The notes: generated by a model not told the origin, from the sequence alone. A stretch of 64,000 nucleotides of DNA from an uncultured Chloroflexia bacterium (GCA_963768655.1 CAVYIM010000004.1:448001-512000); one strand, 5' to 3'; shown: positions 29,977 to 40,869, counted from the stretch's first letter. A program made the numbers and translations.

Positions 29977-32640
29977 CTACTTGCCGGCCAGGGCTTCGCG
30001 GACCGCCCGCAAGAGAGTGCCCATGCCGTACGGCTTCGCCACGAATGGATATCCCGCGGCGAGCGTGCCGCGGTTTACGTTCATCTCCTCGCTGTAGCCG
30101 GAGGCGAACAGCTGGCGGGTCTCGGGTCGCGTGGACCGCAACGCCGAGGCGGTCTCGTGGCCGGTGAGGCCGGGCATTACCAGGTCGGAGAAGAGCAGGT
30201 CGATCCGCCCCGGGTACCGCCGCGCAAGCTCGACGGCCTCCTCGCCGCTGGCCGCCCGGAGCACCGTGTAGCCGTTTCGTTCCAGCAGCTGCGCGGCGAA
30301 GTTGAGCACGGCCGGTTCGTCTTCCACGACCAGCACCGTTTCGCGGCCCGGCTCCGCCTCGCCATCGGTCGCCGGCGTCGCCGCCTCCTCCGCTTCCGAT
30401 TCGATCGCCGGCAGCTCCACGCAGAAGGTCGAGCCCTGGCCCGGCGTCGAACTGACGCTCACGTGCCCGCCGGACGCGCCCACGATCCCGAACACTGTAG
30501 CGAGACCAAGGCCCGTGCCGCTGCCGGGGTTCTTCGTCGTAAAGAACGGCTCGAAGATGTGCTCGGCCGTGGCGGCATCGATGCCCACGCCGGTGTCGGA
30601 GATGCACATCCGAACGCAGTTTCCCGGCTGGACTTCGGGGCGTTCGGCCGCGTGTGCGCCGTCCAGCGTGGCGTTCTGTGTGGTGATGGTCAGCTTGCCG
30701 CCGCCCGGCATGGCGTCGCGGGCATTGGCGGCGAGGTTGACGATTACCTGCTCGAGCTGGCCCCGGTCGGCTCGCGTGCGCCAGAGCATCGGGTCCGCGG
30801 AGACCTCGAGGCGGATGTCGTCGCCGATGATCCGCTGCAGCATGGGGGCGACCTCGGCCACGACCCGGTTGAGGTCGAGGACGCGAGGTTGCAGGACCGC
30901 CCGGCGGCCGAAAGCGAGCAACTGGCGCGTCAGTGCGGTGGCCCGTTCGGCGGACCGGCGTATCTCGTCCAGATAGCCGGCCACCTCGCTGCCGGGCTCG
31001 GCTTCGGCCACGGCCAGCTCGGTGAACCCGTTGATCGCGGTCAGCAGATTGTTGAAGTCGTGAGCGACGCCGCCGGCGAGCCTGCCCACCGCCTCCATCT
31101 TCTGGGCCTGGCGGAGCTGTTCCTCGAGTTCCCTCTCGCGCGTGACGTTGCGCTCGACGGCGACGTAGTTGACGAGGGCGCCCGACGAATCCCGGACGGC
31201 CGTGACCGTGACCGCTTCGCGCAGGACCGAGCCGTCCTTGGTGAGGCTCGGTACCTCGCCGAACCACGTTCCCTCCCGGGTCACGGTGTCGAACACGGCG
31301 GCAATGAGTTCCGGGCGATCCGGAAGGCTTTGGAGGACTCGGTGATTCTTGCCCAGCACCTCATCGCGCGTGAAGCCCGTCTCCTTCTCGAAGGCGGGAT
31401 TGACGTACACGATCGAGCCTGCCGGGTCGGTGATGATGATCGATTCGGCGGACTGCTCGATGGCCTGGATTAGCCTGGCTCGCTCGCGGTCGGCCGCCTT
31501 TCGGACTCCGACGTCGCGGGCGGTTCCGAGCATCCAGCCCCTGGCGAACTGGCGGGCGTGAATCTCCAGCTCGACGATCGAGCCGTCTGGCCGGACCACA
31601 CGGCGCTCGAAGACCATCGGCTTGCCGGCCTCGAGGTCCGGCCGCACGAACGGCATCTCCGTCAGCTGGCCCGGGTCGACGTAGTCGAGCCAGAGCGTGC
31701 CTCGTAGCTCGTCGATCGGGCGGCCGAGGAATTCGGCCATCGCCGGGTTCGTGTCTACGATGCGCGCGTCCGCGTCGAGCAGCAGCACTCCGTCCGCAGT
31801 CTGCTCGACCAGGTTGCGGTAGCGTTCCTCGCTCGCCCGAAGCGCCTCCTCCGCCTCATGGCGTTTCGTAGTGTTGAACACCGTCGTGATCAGGTGCGGC
31901 ACGCCATCCAGATGGATCGGGTCGCTCGAGAGCAGGGCGTAAACGATCTCGCCGGCTCGATTGACCACACGGGCCTCGAGCTCACGCACCCGCCCATGCG
32001 CTCGAAGGCCGGCAACGATCTGGTCTCCGATCGGCGGGTCGGCGAAGAGTCCGATGGCCTGCGACGTCCTGCCGATGACCTCGTCACGGCTGTAGCCGGT
32101 CTCAGCGAGGAACGTCCGGTTGACGTCGACGATCGTCCCGTCGCCGGCTCGAACGATGAGCATCATCACGCCGGCGTTCTGGAACGACGCCGCGAACCTG
32201 GCCTCGCTGGCTCGAAGGGCTTCCTCCGCGGCTCGGCGGCCGCTGACATCCACAGCCGCCGCAAGGAAGCAGGGTTCGCCGGCCACATCGATCAAGGAGA
32301 GCGAGCACGAGCACCAGCCGATCACGCCGCCCGCGAGCCGGACCTGAACCTCGACGTTGCGCACGGGCCTGTGGTCGAGGACCTCGGCGGCCAGGCGGGC
32401 TCGGTCGGATTCGTTGACGTAGAAGCCCAACTCGGTGGCGGTCTTGCCCACGATCTCCGACCGGTCCAGGCCTACTGCCTCACAGTAGGCGTCGTTTACC
32501 TCCAGGATCAGGCCGTCCCGCGTGCGCGATATCGCCATGAAGATTCCGGCGGTCTGGAAGGCAGCAGCGAACTTGGCCTCAGTGGCCTGAGCTTTGACTA
32601 TTCGAGTGTCATCGGCCGGCTTGGTCTCGGCTCGATCCAT
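29977..32640 (-). CDS. Multi-PAS hybrid sensor histidine kinase/response regulator
   Basis: Four PAS repeats; [22 protein letters not shown]-box; [19 protein letters not shown] and GTGLGL; C-terminal receiver. Confidence 0.92.
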   Translation of the reverse strand: MDRAETKPADDTRIVKAQATEAKFAAAFQTAGIFMAISRTRDGLILEVNDAYCEAVGLDRSEIVGKTATELGFYVNESDRARLAAEVLDHRPVRNVEVQVRLAGGVIGWCSCSLSLIDVAGEPCFLAAAVDVSGRRAAEEALRASEARFAASFQNAGVMMLIVRAGDGTIVDVNRTFLAETGYSRDEVIGRTSQAIGLFADPPIGDQIVAGLRAHGRVRELEARVVNRAGEIVYALLSSDPIHLDGVPHLITTVFNTTKRHEAEEALRASEERYRNLVEQTADGVLLLDADARIVDTNPAMAEFLGRPIDELRGTLWLDYVDPGQLTEMPFVRPDLEAGKPMVFERRVVRPDGSIVELEIHARQFARGWMLGTARDVGVRKAADRERARLIQAIEQSAESIIITDPAGSIVYVNPAFEKETGFTRDEVLGKNHRVLQSLPDRPELIAAVFDTVTREGTWFGEVPSLTKDGSVLREAVTVTAVRDSSGALVNYVAVERNVTRERELEEQLRQAQKMEAVGRLAGGVAHDFNNLLTAINGFTELAVAEAEPGSEVAGYLDEIRRSAERATALTRQLLAFGRRAVLQPRVLDLNRVVAEVAPMLQRIIGDDIRLEVSADPMLWRTRADRGQLEQVIVNLAANARDAMPGGGKLTITTQNATLDGAHAAERPEVQPGNCVRMCISDTGVGIDAATAEHIFEPFFTTKNPGSGTGLGLATVFGIVGASGGHVSVSSTPGQGSTFCVELPAIESEAEEAATPATDGEAEPGRETVLVVEDEPAVLNFAAQLLERNGYTVLRAASGEEAVELARRYPGRIDLLFSDLVMPGLTGHETASALRSTRPETRQLFASGYSEEMNVNRGTLAAGYPFVAKPYGMGTLLRAVREALAGK

Positions 32641-32889
32641 TCTTGGCGAACTCCGTACGTCCCCCGTACGTCTGCGACCCGGCGACCCTTCTTGTCGCCG
32701 CGATGGAATGCGGCACAGGACACGGCGATGGAGCACGAGTGGGCTGGGCAATCTTAGACCGCGATCCCACCGCATCCAACCGTCAAATGGGGGAGAGGCG
32801 GCAGAGTGGTGGGCCGCCTAAAGCGGCGTATGACGCTCAACGGGGACTGGACTTGTGTGCCGACAAGGCCTCGCGCGTGGCGCTCGAGC

Positions 32890-33046
32890 CCGAGAGTTCG
32901 CGCAGTGCCTCGGCCGAATCGGTCGGCGGTGTACGCGACAAGCGAGAGCCCTGGATCCGCCGGCAGCGGGACCGATTCGCACGCGAGCGTGAGCTCGCCG
33001 ACGAGCGGGTGCCGCAGCGCTTCGTGCCGGTGAGGCGGAAGCGCAC
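32890..33046 (-). pseudogene. Relic of an MmyB-type XRE regulator ligand-binding domain
   Basis: Frameshifted reading VRFRLTGTKR / LRHPLVGELTLACESVPLPADPGLSLVAYTA / DSAEALREL matches the MmyB C-terminus. Confidence 0.65.
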
Positions 33047-33101
33047 AGGACGGCTCCGCGTGAGAAGCCCGGTGGGGCTGGGCACCCTCCCGACCTCGGG
33101 C

Positions 33102-33485
33102 TCAGGCGTCGCCGGCCCGGCGCAGGCGCTCGAGCTCGCGCCGGAGACGCTTGCTGGGCCGGCCTTCCCCGCGGATGCGCATGATCCCCGGTCCGACCTC
33201 CGTCACGGCCGGCGGGCTGTGGTCCACATAGCAGGTCGCGGCGGCGGGGGCCCCGACCCGCGACTCGATCGGCCGCACGACCTCGATGACGCGCTCGCGA
33301 TCCGCGATGCGCGCCTCCACCCGATCACCTGCGCGAACCTTGGTCGACGGCTTCGCCAGCAACCCGTTCACGAGGACGTGGCCGCCCTCGCACAGCCGGG
33401 TCGCGAGCGGGCGGGTCTTCACGAGGCGCACCGCGCACAGCCAGCGATCGATGCGCGTCTCGTTGGCATCGGTGGCATCACTCAC
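33102..33485 (-). CDS. RNA-binding S4 domain protein (Hsp15-like)
   Basis: RIDRWLCAVRLVKTR, GGHVLVNG...KPS and GRPSKRLRRELERL motifs. Confidence 0.88.
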   Translation of the reverse strand: MSDATDANETRIDRWLCAVRLVKTRPLATRLCEGGHVLVNGLLAKPSTKVRAGDRVEARIADRERVIEVVRPIESRVGAPAAATCYVDHSPPAVTEVGPGIMRIRGEGRPSKRLRRELERLRRAGDA

Positions 33486-33625
33486 GCGACATATGTTCCC
33501 ACGGGTCGAGGAGGCGTCGCGGCGCCCATTGCCGCCTTGATGCCAGGGGAACGAAGCTCTTGCGTCTGTCAGGTGATGTGGTACTCTGTCGCATGTAAGG
33601 ACATCCTGACAGGTGAAGGAGAGCA

Positions 33626-33970
33626 ATGACACAAGATCGGCCGACCGGCGACGATCTGGTCGCGAAGCTGGCGGCACTGGCCAGTCCCACGCGACTACGG
33701 ATCATCGCCAGGTTGGTCGGTGGTCGTGACTATGTCAGCGGCATGGCCCGCGAGATCGGGATGAGCCGGCCGCTCCTTCACATGCACCTGCAGAGGCTCG
33801 AGGCCGCTGGGCTCGTCGTCGGTCATCTCGAGCTGTCCGAGGACGGCAAGGCGATGAAGTACTACGAGCTTGCGGATCTCGATCTCCACCTGACCCCGGA
33901 CAGCATCGCCGAGGCAGTCAAGACACTGACCAATGCGGATCCCGATGCGGATCCGGCGCACAAGGAGTAG
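33626..33970 (+). CDS. ArsR/SmtB family winged-helix regulator
   Basis: ALASPTRLRII, YVSGMAREIGMSRPLLHMHLQRLEAAGLV and GKAMKYYEL. Confidence 0.88.
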   Translation: MTQDRPTGDDLVAKLAALASPTRLRIIARLVGGRDYVSGMAREIGMSRPLLHMHLQRLEAAGLVVGHLELSEDGKAMKYYELADLDLHLTPDSIAEAVKTLTNADPDADPAHKE

Positions 33971-33975
33971 CTCTG

Positions 33976-34224
33976 ATGGAATGGCTGGTATGGCCCGTCG
34001 TCATCGTGGTTGTTGGCCTCAGCATGGTCGGCCTGCCCGTGGCGGCTGACATGTACAAGGCCAGGCTCAAGGCGGGTCAGGAGAACGACCTGCGTCAGCT
34101 GGTCGACCGATACGAGCAATTGGCCGAGAAGACCATGGACGCGGAGCAGCGGGTCGCAGCGGACGTGGCGGATGTGCGCGCTCGTCTCGCCGCGGTCGAG
34201 CAGATCCTGCGGTCGGTGGGGTGA
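33976..34224 (+). CDS. Small membrane-anchored coiled-coil protein
   Basis: N-terminal TM helix and coiled C-terminus (RLAAVEQILRSV); closely follows the ArsR gene with an AAGGAG RBS. Confidence 0.7.
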   Translation: MEWLVWPVVIVVVGLSMVGLPVAADMYKARLKAGQENDLRQLVDRYEQLAEKTMDAEQRVAADVADVRARLAAVEQILRSVG

Positions 34225-34739
34225 CGGCCGAGGTAGCCAACATGGAGACCGGGGAGGCCGGCGGCACGCGGACCCCGCGCCGGCCGCTGTCGTTTCGCGA
34301 GCGAGTCGTGCTGAGCATCCACCGCGGCCTGGACAAAGAGCTGTCTGGATTTGGCGTGTGGATGGTCCGCCGCAGCAAGGGGTCCATTGCCGATCGCTGG
34401 AAGGTCAAAGTGCTGGTGCTCACCACGATCGGCCGTCGGACGGGCAAGCGCCGAAGCGTCGTGCTCCAGTTCTGGCCCGACGGCGACTCGATGATCCTTG
34501 CCGCGGCCAACGGCGGTGAGTCTTCGAACCCCGCCTGGTATTCGAACCTCCTCGCCGATCCCATCGCAACTGCCGAGGTCCTGGGCCGAGTCCTACGCGT
34601 TCGTGCAGACACGTTGCCCGAAGACGAAGGGGCACGCTGGTGGCGATGGATCGCCGACCACGCTCAAGACTACGAACGCTACGAGCGTGCCACGGTCCGC
34701 CGAATCCCCATCGTTCGGCTCGTGCCGCTCGACGACTGA
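34221..34739 (+). CDS. Deazaflavin (F420)-dependent nitroreductase family protein
   Basis: LVLTTIGRRTGKRR, AANGG..NPAWYSNLLADP and YERATVRRIPIVRL motifs. Confidence 0.85.
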   Translation: MTAEVANMETGEAGGTRTPRRPLSFRERVVLSIHRGLDKELSGFGVWMVRRSKGSIADRWKVKVLVLTTIGRRTGKRRSVVLQFWPDGDSMILAAANGGESSNPAWYSNLLADPIATAEVLGRVLRVRADTLPEDEGARWWRWIADHAQDYERYERATVRRIPIVRLVPLDD

Positions 34740-34763
34740 GACTGAGTCGAGAGAGGAGAATCC

Positions 34764-35117
34764 GTGCCCTACCTACTTCTGTTCTGCTCGGGCATCTGTC
34801 TCGACATGGCGAGCATTCACCTGTTCGACTTCGCTACCACCAGTCGCCATCCCATGATCCGAAGATGGCGATTTCCGAAGTTGGCCAGCACCATCTCGGG
34901 GCTGATCCAGCTCGCCGTCGCCGGATCTATCCTTCCCGCTCTTGATTGGCGCCTATCGGACGCGGCGAGCACACTCTCCGTCTTTGCGGGTTTTGCCTTC
35001 TGGGCGCTCTTCTCCGCAGCAGCGGCGGAGCGAAGAGCTCTCAGGCACACGGAACCCTCCGTGCTTATACGCGACCGGCTCGAAGGACTTCCCGCCAAAC
35101 CAGCATGTTCCGGATAG
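34764..35117 (+). CDS. Hypothetical membrane protein
   Basis: GAGGAG RBS and several hydrophobic stretches; no recognisable motif. Confidence 0.4.
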   Translation: MPYLLLFCSGICLDMASIHLFDFATTSRHPMIRRWRFPKLASTISGLIQLAVAGSILPALDWRLSDAASTLSVFAGFAFWALFSAAAAERRALRHTEPSVLIRDRLEGLPAKPACSG

Positions 35118-35292
35118 ACGGCAGCTTGTGACGGCGGGCTCTGGGTTGGGATCCAGGCGGGTCGCGGTGGATCGGCACTCTCACTCTTGCCGCCCGTTGC
35201 GCGGGGATTGTTGCGCGATCCGGTCGAGCCGGTTCCGCTTCTTCCCGCCGCCACCCGCCAGTGCTGAGATGTATACGCGAGCCAGGCCCACC

Positions 35293-35379
35293 GGTACGCC
35301 GCACGATCGACCCTGGGGCATCTACTCGGGATACTTCACCGATCCTGAGGGGCACCTCTGGGAGATCATCTGGAACCCC
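35293..35379 (+). pseudogene. C-terminal relic of a VOC/glyoxalase family protein
   Basis: GTPHDRPWGIYSGYFTDPEGHLWEIIWNP with no recognisable N-terminal half. Confidence 0.65.
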
Positions 35380-35439
35380 GACGGCACACGAGCCGCGCCA
35401 AACGCACTCGGCGTCGATGACCCAAGGAAGGACGATGCG

Positions 35440-36015
35440 ATGCCAGAGCTCCTGATCGATTTCATCACCTCGCTCGATGGCTACGCGGCCGCTGACGGCT
35501 GGCCAGGCTGGTGGGGGCTCGAAGGCCCCGAGTACCTCGCGTGGCTAGGCGAGCAGCCAGAAGCGGACTACACGGTCCTCATGGGTGCCACCACGTACCG
35601 CCTCATGTCCCGATTCGCCGCCGAGGGTGAGCCCGGCACTGATGTCCTCGCCGGCATGTCAAAGGTCGTCTTCTCGACCACGTTGAGCGAACCTCTTTCC
35701 TGGCCAAACACGCGACTCGTGGCCGACAACCCAGTTGAGGTCGTGCGGGCAATGAAGCAGGCAGCCTCCAAGTCTATGCGCACGATAGGGAGCCTCACCC
35801 TGTGCCGCGCCCTCCTGAAGGCCGGCCTCGTGGACCGCTTTCGCGTCGTTGTCTTTCCCGTGATCACCGGACGCACCGGTCGCGAACGGATCTACGACGG
35901 CTATCCCGATGTCGCGCTAGACATGACCAGCAGCCGCACCTTCGATGGTCGCATCCAACTGCTCGAATACGTTCCGACGATTCTGGCAGGGCCGTCTGGC
36001 GCCAACAGGAGCTAA
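35440..36015 (+). CDS. Dihydrofolate reductase-like (RibD C-terminal domain) protein
   Basis: FITSLDGY, LMGATTY, KVVFSTTL, GSLTLCRALLKAGLVD and FPVITG motifs. Confidence 0.88.
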   Translation: MPELLIDFITSLDGYAAADGWPGWWGLEGPEYLAWLGEQPEADYTVLMGATTYRLMSRFAAEGEPGTDVLAGMSKVVFSTTLSEPLSWPNTRLVADNPVEVVRAMKQAASKSMRTIGSLTLCRALLKAGLVDRFRVVVFPVITGRTGRERIYDGYPDVALDMTSSRTFDGRIQLLEYVPTILAGPSGANRS

Positions 36016-36214
36016 CACCAAAAAGACCTATCGGACTGTGTCCGGAGCTGAGCCATCGTCGCTGATGGGTTCCACGAGGACCCACTCGCCATAGGCTCGA
36101 CCCTGCGAATATCCCCAATCGGGCATACCTGGGGCCCACCAACGCCCTGGTGAGCGGAGAGGTCCAGGACAGCGGTTTCTGCGACGCGTAGAGGGGACCG
36201 GGCAACAGTCCGCC

Positions 36215-37099
36215 TCACTCCCGTCGATGGACCGACAAGAACTCCCAGATCAGGCGCGTTGCGTCGATAGTCGTGCTGATGCGGCCGAAGATGGGCGGGA
36301 TCCAGATCCGCGCGCTCGCGCCGGGCCAGGTGTGACCGCCGCCCTCTATCCGGTAGAAGTCGAGGTCGCTCAGTGGGTTGGAGCCTCGCCAGCGCCGGAT
36401 GGAGACGTCGGCGCCAAGCGTTTCGATCTCACAGGACGCCCCGACTCCGTTGACCGACCGCCAGAAGGCGGCCCATTCGTCCACGCCGAGGGATGGCCCC
36501 GCCGGGTGCCTCATCATGACTAGTCGGCTGAGCCCGCCTGGGCGGCCGCCGATGTACGGGGCCGAGCGATCGGCCGTGCCATGGAAGGAGATCACCGGTA
36601 AGGGCAGAGAAGGCCTGGCCCGCTCCGACACCGAGACACTCACCGTGCCCGCCACCTGGCCGATCCCGGCGATGAGATCGGGCCGCTCGCATGCGAATTG
36701 CCCGGCCATGGCCGAACCGTTCGACATCCCGACCAGGTAGACACGAGCGCGATCGATCGAGGTCCGGGCGTCCACGTCTTCTATGACTGCCTCAATGAAG
36801 CCGACGTCGTCCACCTCCGAGGTGGGCGCCCCCTGGCGTCCGTCGTTCCAGATCTCGCCGAGCGCCTCCGGCATGGCCAGGACGAAGCCTGCCTCATGGG
36901 CCAACGCCGAGAAGCCGGTCCAGAGGTCGAACCTTGCGGCAGGTATTCCCCGCCCGTGCAGCTGGACGAGCAGAGGACGCGGTCCGGCGGCTTCCGTCGG
37001 CGGCCCAGGGACGTGAAGCAGATACTGCCTGCCGTGCGAGTGGCCGGTCAGCCGGCATACGGCGAAGCTCGCTCCAGGCCTGTGATTGGGTTCGCTCAT
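36215..37099 (-). CDS. PHB depolymerase/LpqC-like alpha/beta hydrolase esterase
   Basis: LHGRG, DDVGFI, GMSNG nucleophile elbow, FHGTAD and GGGHTWPG motifs. Confidence 0.85.
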   Translation of the reverse strand: MSEPNHRPGASFAVCRLTGHSHGRQYLLHVPGPPTEAAGPRPLLVQLHGRGIPAARFDLWTGFSALAHEAGFVLAMPEALGEIWNDGRQGAPTSEVDDVGFIEAVIEDVDARTSIDRARVYLVGMSNGSAMAGQFACERPDLIAGIGQVAGTVSVSVSERARPSLPLPVISFHGTADRSAPYIGGRPGGLSRLVMMRHPAGPSLGVDEWAAFWRSVNGVGASCEIETLGADVSIRRWRGSNPLSDLDFYRIEGGGHTWPGASARIWIPPIFGRISTTIDATRLIWEFLSVHRRE

Positions 37100-37706
37100 G
37101 CCGGCCAAGTTACCGCCACCGTCCAGTTTTCGTGGCCGCTGGCGTGCCAGATCCTGCCGTGACGGCGGCCACTGAGACTGCGCCGGCCCGCGTGACTGGT
37201 CTTCGTCGTAACGAGCAGGCGTTGGAGTGGGTCTCCTGACCAGCGGCAGCTTCGCGGGTTCTGTGAAAGGCTTCGTCGAAACCGCGTCTTCGCCAGACAA
37301 CGGATACGACCGCAGCCATCTCTACGGACGAGGAATAGCGGCTGCGGCGACATGGCCGGAGCAGTTAGCCCCTCCAGAGGGGCTGGGCGCTGTCACCGTC
37401 CGGATGGCACAGGCTGCCCATTCGGACGGGCTACCATGTACCACGACGCCGAACGCTCCACGAGCGCAGGCTGGCTGACCAGGCGGGCTCGCTGGAAGTC
37501 GCATTTGGAAGCCAAGAGCGTCAGCGCGTGATTACAAGCTGTGTGCTGAGCGTGAAAAGGTCAGAATCGGCTACAGTTGTACGCTCTACCAGCGTGGTGC
37601 CAAGCAGGTGTTCGTTGTCTGAGGACCTATCGACCACTCAGACCCTCGGTTCGTTAGGCCAGAGATCGCCATCCAGCGCGATAGCCTAACAAACGAAGGC
37701 AAACGG

Positions 37707-37782
37707 GCGGGAGTAGCTCAGTCGGTAGAGCGTCAGCCTTCCAAGCTGAATGTCGCGGGTTCGAGACCCGTCTCCCGCTCCA
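37707..37782 (+). tRNA. tRNA-Gly (anticodon TCC)
   Basis: Acceptor GCGGGAG/CTCCCGC, D-arm AGCTCAGTCGGTAGAGC, anticodon arm TCAGC-CTTCCAA-GCTGA, T-arm GGTTCGAGACCC, encoded CCA; 76 nt. Confidence 0.97.
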
Positions 37783-37907
37783 ACTCATCTCTGGCTTCTC
37801 CACGAGGCTCAGCCTGAGTCTCGCGTCGCAGGTCTGCTGCTTTGTCGCTATGCAGGCAGGCAGCGCGCTGGTACGTTCTGGGTGTCAACGTCGATGGGGG
37901 CGCTTTC

Positions 37908-38960
37908 ATGGACGACGAGTACGAACGCCTGGCCGCCGCTCTGGACCGGCTCGCGAACGGCTTTCCCCGCACCGAATCCGGCGTCGAGCTGCAACTGCTG
38001 CGCAGAATGCTGACGTCTGAGGAGGCGGCGCTCGCGGCTGTGATGACGGCCACGCCGGAGCCGGTCGCCAGGATCGCGGAGCGCGGCGGGATGAGCGCCC
38101 ACGGCGCCGCGGCCATTCTCAAGGACCTCGCCCGGCGCGAGTTGGTCTGGGTCAACTCGAAGCCTGGTGCCCGGGGATTCCGCCTCGCGCCGTTCGTCGT
38201 CGGCAGCTACGAGGCCTACATGCAGACCACCCCCGACGCGGAGTTCGCGCAGCTCGTCGAGGAGTACTTCAGCGGAGGCGGCGCGGCGCTGATGATGGCC
38301 CAGCCGGCGATCCATCGCGTGGTGCCGGCACGGGCGGCGGTCAAATCCGAATGGGTGCTGCCCTACGACGATGTCCGCGCGATCCTGCTCGGGGCCAGGT
38401 CGTTCGTCGTGGGCGACTGCGTCTGCCGGGTGCAGCAGGATCTGCTCGACAGCCGCCGCTGCGACTTCCCAGTCAAGGCGTGCCTGTGGTTCTCCAATTC
38501 GGAGGACCCGGGCCGTGAGGGCACCAGCTCGCAGGAGGAAGCTCTCGCTTTCCTCGATCACGTCGAGAAGATCGGGCTTGTCCATACGGTCAGCAACGTC
38601 ATGGAAGGCGTCGGCTACGTCTGCAACTGCTGCGCCTGCTGCTGCGGCCTGCTGCGCGGCATCGGCGAGTGGGGCATCGACCACTCCGTGGCCCAGGCCA
38701 ACTACTTCGCCCAGATCGACCAGGAATCGTGCACCGGTTGCGCCGTCTGTCTGGACCGCTGCCAGGTGAGCGCCATTTCGGAGCAAGGTGGTCAGTACCT
38801 GGTGGACCTCAGTCGCTGCATCGGCTGCGGCCTGTGCGTGTCGGGCTGTGGCGACAAGGCAGCGATCCTGCGGCCAAAGCCGCCGCAGGAGATAGTGCCG
38901 CCGCCTCTCGACTTCGCCGCCTGGGAGCAGCAACGGTTGCACAACCGCGGCCTCCTCTGA
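37908..38960 (+). CDS. 4Fe-4S binding protein with N-terminal winged helix
   Basis: NGFPRTESGVEL, CVCR, CNCCACCCG and two CxxCxxCxxxC ferredoxin motifs. Confidence 0.85.
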   Translation: MDDEYERLAAALDRLANGFPRTESGVELQLLRRMLTSEEAALAAVMTATPEPVARIAERGGMSAHGAAAILKDLARRELVWVNSKPGARGFRLAPFVVGSYEAYMQTTPDAEFAQLVEEYFSGGGAALMMAQPAIHRVVPARAAVKSEWVLPYDDVRAILLGARSFVVGDCVCRVQQDLLDSRRCDFPVKACLWFSNSEDPGREGTSSQEEALAFLDHVEKIGLVHTVSNVMEGVGYVCNCCACCCGLLRGIGEWGIDHSVAQANYFAQIDQESCTGCAVCLDRCQVSAISEQGGQYLVDLSRCIGCGLCVSGCGDKAAILRPKPPQEIVPPPLDFAAWEQQRLHNRGLL

Positions 38961-39120
38961 CCCGAGGCGGAACTGGCTCGTTCAAAGGGCTCGCAGCATT
39001 CCAGCGGACCTCGGGCTGGGGAGCGACGGGAGGGTCGCCGAAGACGGGCGACGAAACACGATAACTGGACATGACATGCTCGCCCCTCTGAGCGCGGTGC
39101 TACTGCGCTCACACTCCCCG

Positions 39121-39167
39121 GCCTTCCAGGCTGAATGTCGCCGCGTCGAGAGCCGTCTGCCGCTCCA
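39121..39167 (+). repeat. Degenerate direct repeat of the tRNA-Gly 3' half (att-like site 1)
   Basis: 41/47 ungapped identity to 37736-37782, from the anticodon stem to CCA. Confidence 0.88.
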
Positions 39168-39431
39168 TATCCCTCCTGTGCGGCAGGCGGCGCTCGCAGG
39201 CTCTGATGGGCTGTCTCACCCCTCGGGCTGGGTTCCTGTGGAGCTCGACCTGGTGCCGCTCCAGGCGAGACACCCGGTGGCCAAGTCCGGCATGTTAAGC
39301 AGGATAGTCATACTATCGGGGCGACAGGCTGTGCCTCTCGGCCAGCAGAGCCATCCAGAGATCGGGTCCGTCGCGCAGGACCTCCGGTTAGACCTTCGCT
39401 AACGCGCGCTCACGTCGCAAGGAGGTCGTGG

Positions 39432-40850
39432 ATGCTACGTCCTGACTACTCGATCCAGCACGCCACGGCCGTCGTGGAGGAGGCGCGGCGCGATCGGCGT
39501 CTCGAGCACATCCGCGGGCTGCGGCTTGACGTGGTGTCGGAGAGCGACTCGGGCTGGAATCGGGCTCGCCGGGCCTGGAATCTCGCCGCCGATCAGCGTC
39601 CCCCGCACGTTGCCTTCCCCGAGACGGCCGACGACGTCGTCCAGCTCGTGAAGTTCGCCGCCGGCGAAGGGCTGCGGGTGGCGCCCCAGGGGACGGGACA
39701 TGGCGCGGGAGCACTGGGCGCCATCGAGGATGCCTTGCTCATCAGACCGTCTCGGATGCGCGACGTCGCGATCGACCCGGGCAAGCGCCGCGCCCGCGTC
39801 GGGGCCGGGGTGATGTGGGGCGAGGTCCAGGCGGCCGCTGCCGAACATGGCCTGGCCGGCCTGGCGGGCAGCTCACCCGAGGTCGGGGTGGTGGGCTACA
39901 CCCTGGGCGGTGGCCTGGGCTGGCTCGCCAGGCGCTATGGCCTGGCCTGCAACAGCGTCCTCGCCATCGACGTCGTGACTGCCGATGGTCTGCTGCGCCA
40001 TGTCGACCGCGAGCACGAGCCCGATCTCTTCTGGGCGCTCCGCGGTGGCGGGGGCAGCTTCGGCGTCGTCACTGCGCTCGAGTTCGCTCTGTATCCCGTG
40101 CGCGAGCTGTACGCGGGCGCGATGCTCTGGCCGCAGGAGCGCGCCACCGAGATCCTGGCGGCCTGGCAGACGTGGACCTCAGGTGTCCCCAACTCCGTCA
40201 CGTCAGTCGGCCGCCTCCTCAATCTGCCGCCCAGCCCGGAAGTCCCCGACGCGCTGCGGGGCCGCTCGTTCGTGCTCGTCGAGGCCGCCTGCCTCGTGAC
40301 CGAGGGCGAGGGCATCGAGCTGCTGCGCCCGCTTCGAGCGCGCGGGCCGGAAATCGACACTTTCACCATGCTGCCTCCGACCGCGCTCGGAGCGCTGCAC
40401 ATGGACCCGGTCGAACCGGTCCCAGTCGCGATCGACGGATGGCTCCTCGCGGACCTTCCGCCGGCGGCAATCGACGCCCTCGTCGAGGCGGCGGGTCCTG
40501 GGTCGGGATCGCCGCTGCTATCGGTCGAGCTGCGCCACCTGGGAGGTGCTCTGCTCGACGCTGCTCCGGAATCTGGGGCGCTGCCCTCGCTCGACGCCCG
40601 GTTCGCTATCGCCGAGATCAGCATGGTACCGAACGCGGACACGGCCACCGCCGTGCAGCGTCATGGCGCTCTCGTGCGGTCCGTGCTGGCACCGTGGGAG
40701 GCGGAGCGGAACTACCCCAACTTTGCCGAACGATCGTTCAGAGTGTCGGATTTCCACTCGCCGGCCACCGCCGAGCGGCTCGGCCGCGTCAAGGCTCAAT
40801 ACGACCCCCGAGACCTCATTCGATCGACGCATCCGATCCCAACGTCGTAG
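39432..40850 (+). CDS. FAD-binding oxidoreductase (berberine bridge/VAO family)
   Basis: QGTGHG, VGVVGYTLGGGLGW, DLFWALRGGGGSFGVVT, YPNF and KAQYDP motifs; AAGGAGG RBS. Confidence 0.9.
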   Translation: MLRPDYSIQHATAVVEEARRDRRLEHIRGLRLDVVSESDSGWNRARRAWNLAADQRPPHVAFPETADDVVQLVKFAAGEGLRVAPQGTGHGAGALGAIEDALLIRPSRMRDVAIDPGKRRARVGAGVMWGEVQAAAAEHGLAGLAGSSPEVGVVGYTLGGGLGWLARRYGLACNSVLAIDVVTADGLLRHVDREHEPDLFWALRGGGGSFGVVTALEFALYPVRELYAGAMLWPQERATEILAAWQTWTSGVPNSVTSVGRLLNLPPSPEVPDALRGRSFVLVEAACLVTEGEGIELLRPLRARGPEIDTFTMLPPTALGALHMDPVEPVPVAIDGWLLADLPPAAIDALVEAAGPGSGSPLLSVELRHLGGALLDAAPESGALPSLDARFAIAEISMVPNADTATAVQRHGALVRSVLAPWEAERNYPNFAERSFRVSDFHSPATAERLGRVKAQYDPRDLIRSTHPIPTS

Positions 40851-40869
40851 ACGCCCGCCTGTGCCGCGG

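Noticed and set aside
37594-37602. T-box-like TGGTGCC upstream of tRNA-Gly
   Set aside because: Imperfect match with no recognisable stem I or terminator.
37653-37690. Integron core sites GTTAGGC and GCCTAAC
   Set aside because: The order is opposite to an attC site, there is no partner site at attC distance, and no intI is present; better explained as a hairpin stem.
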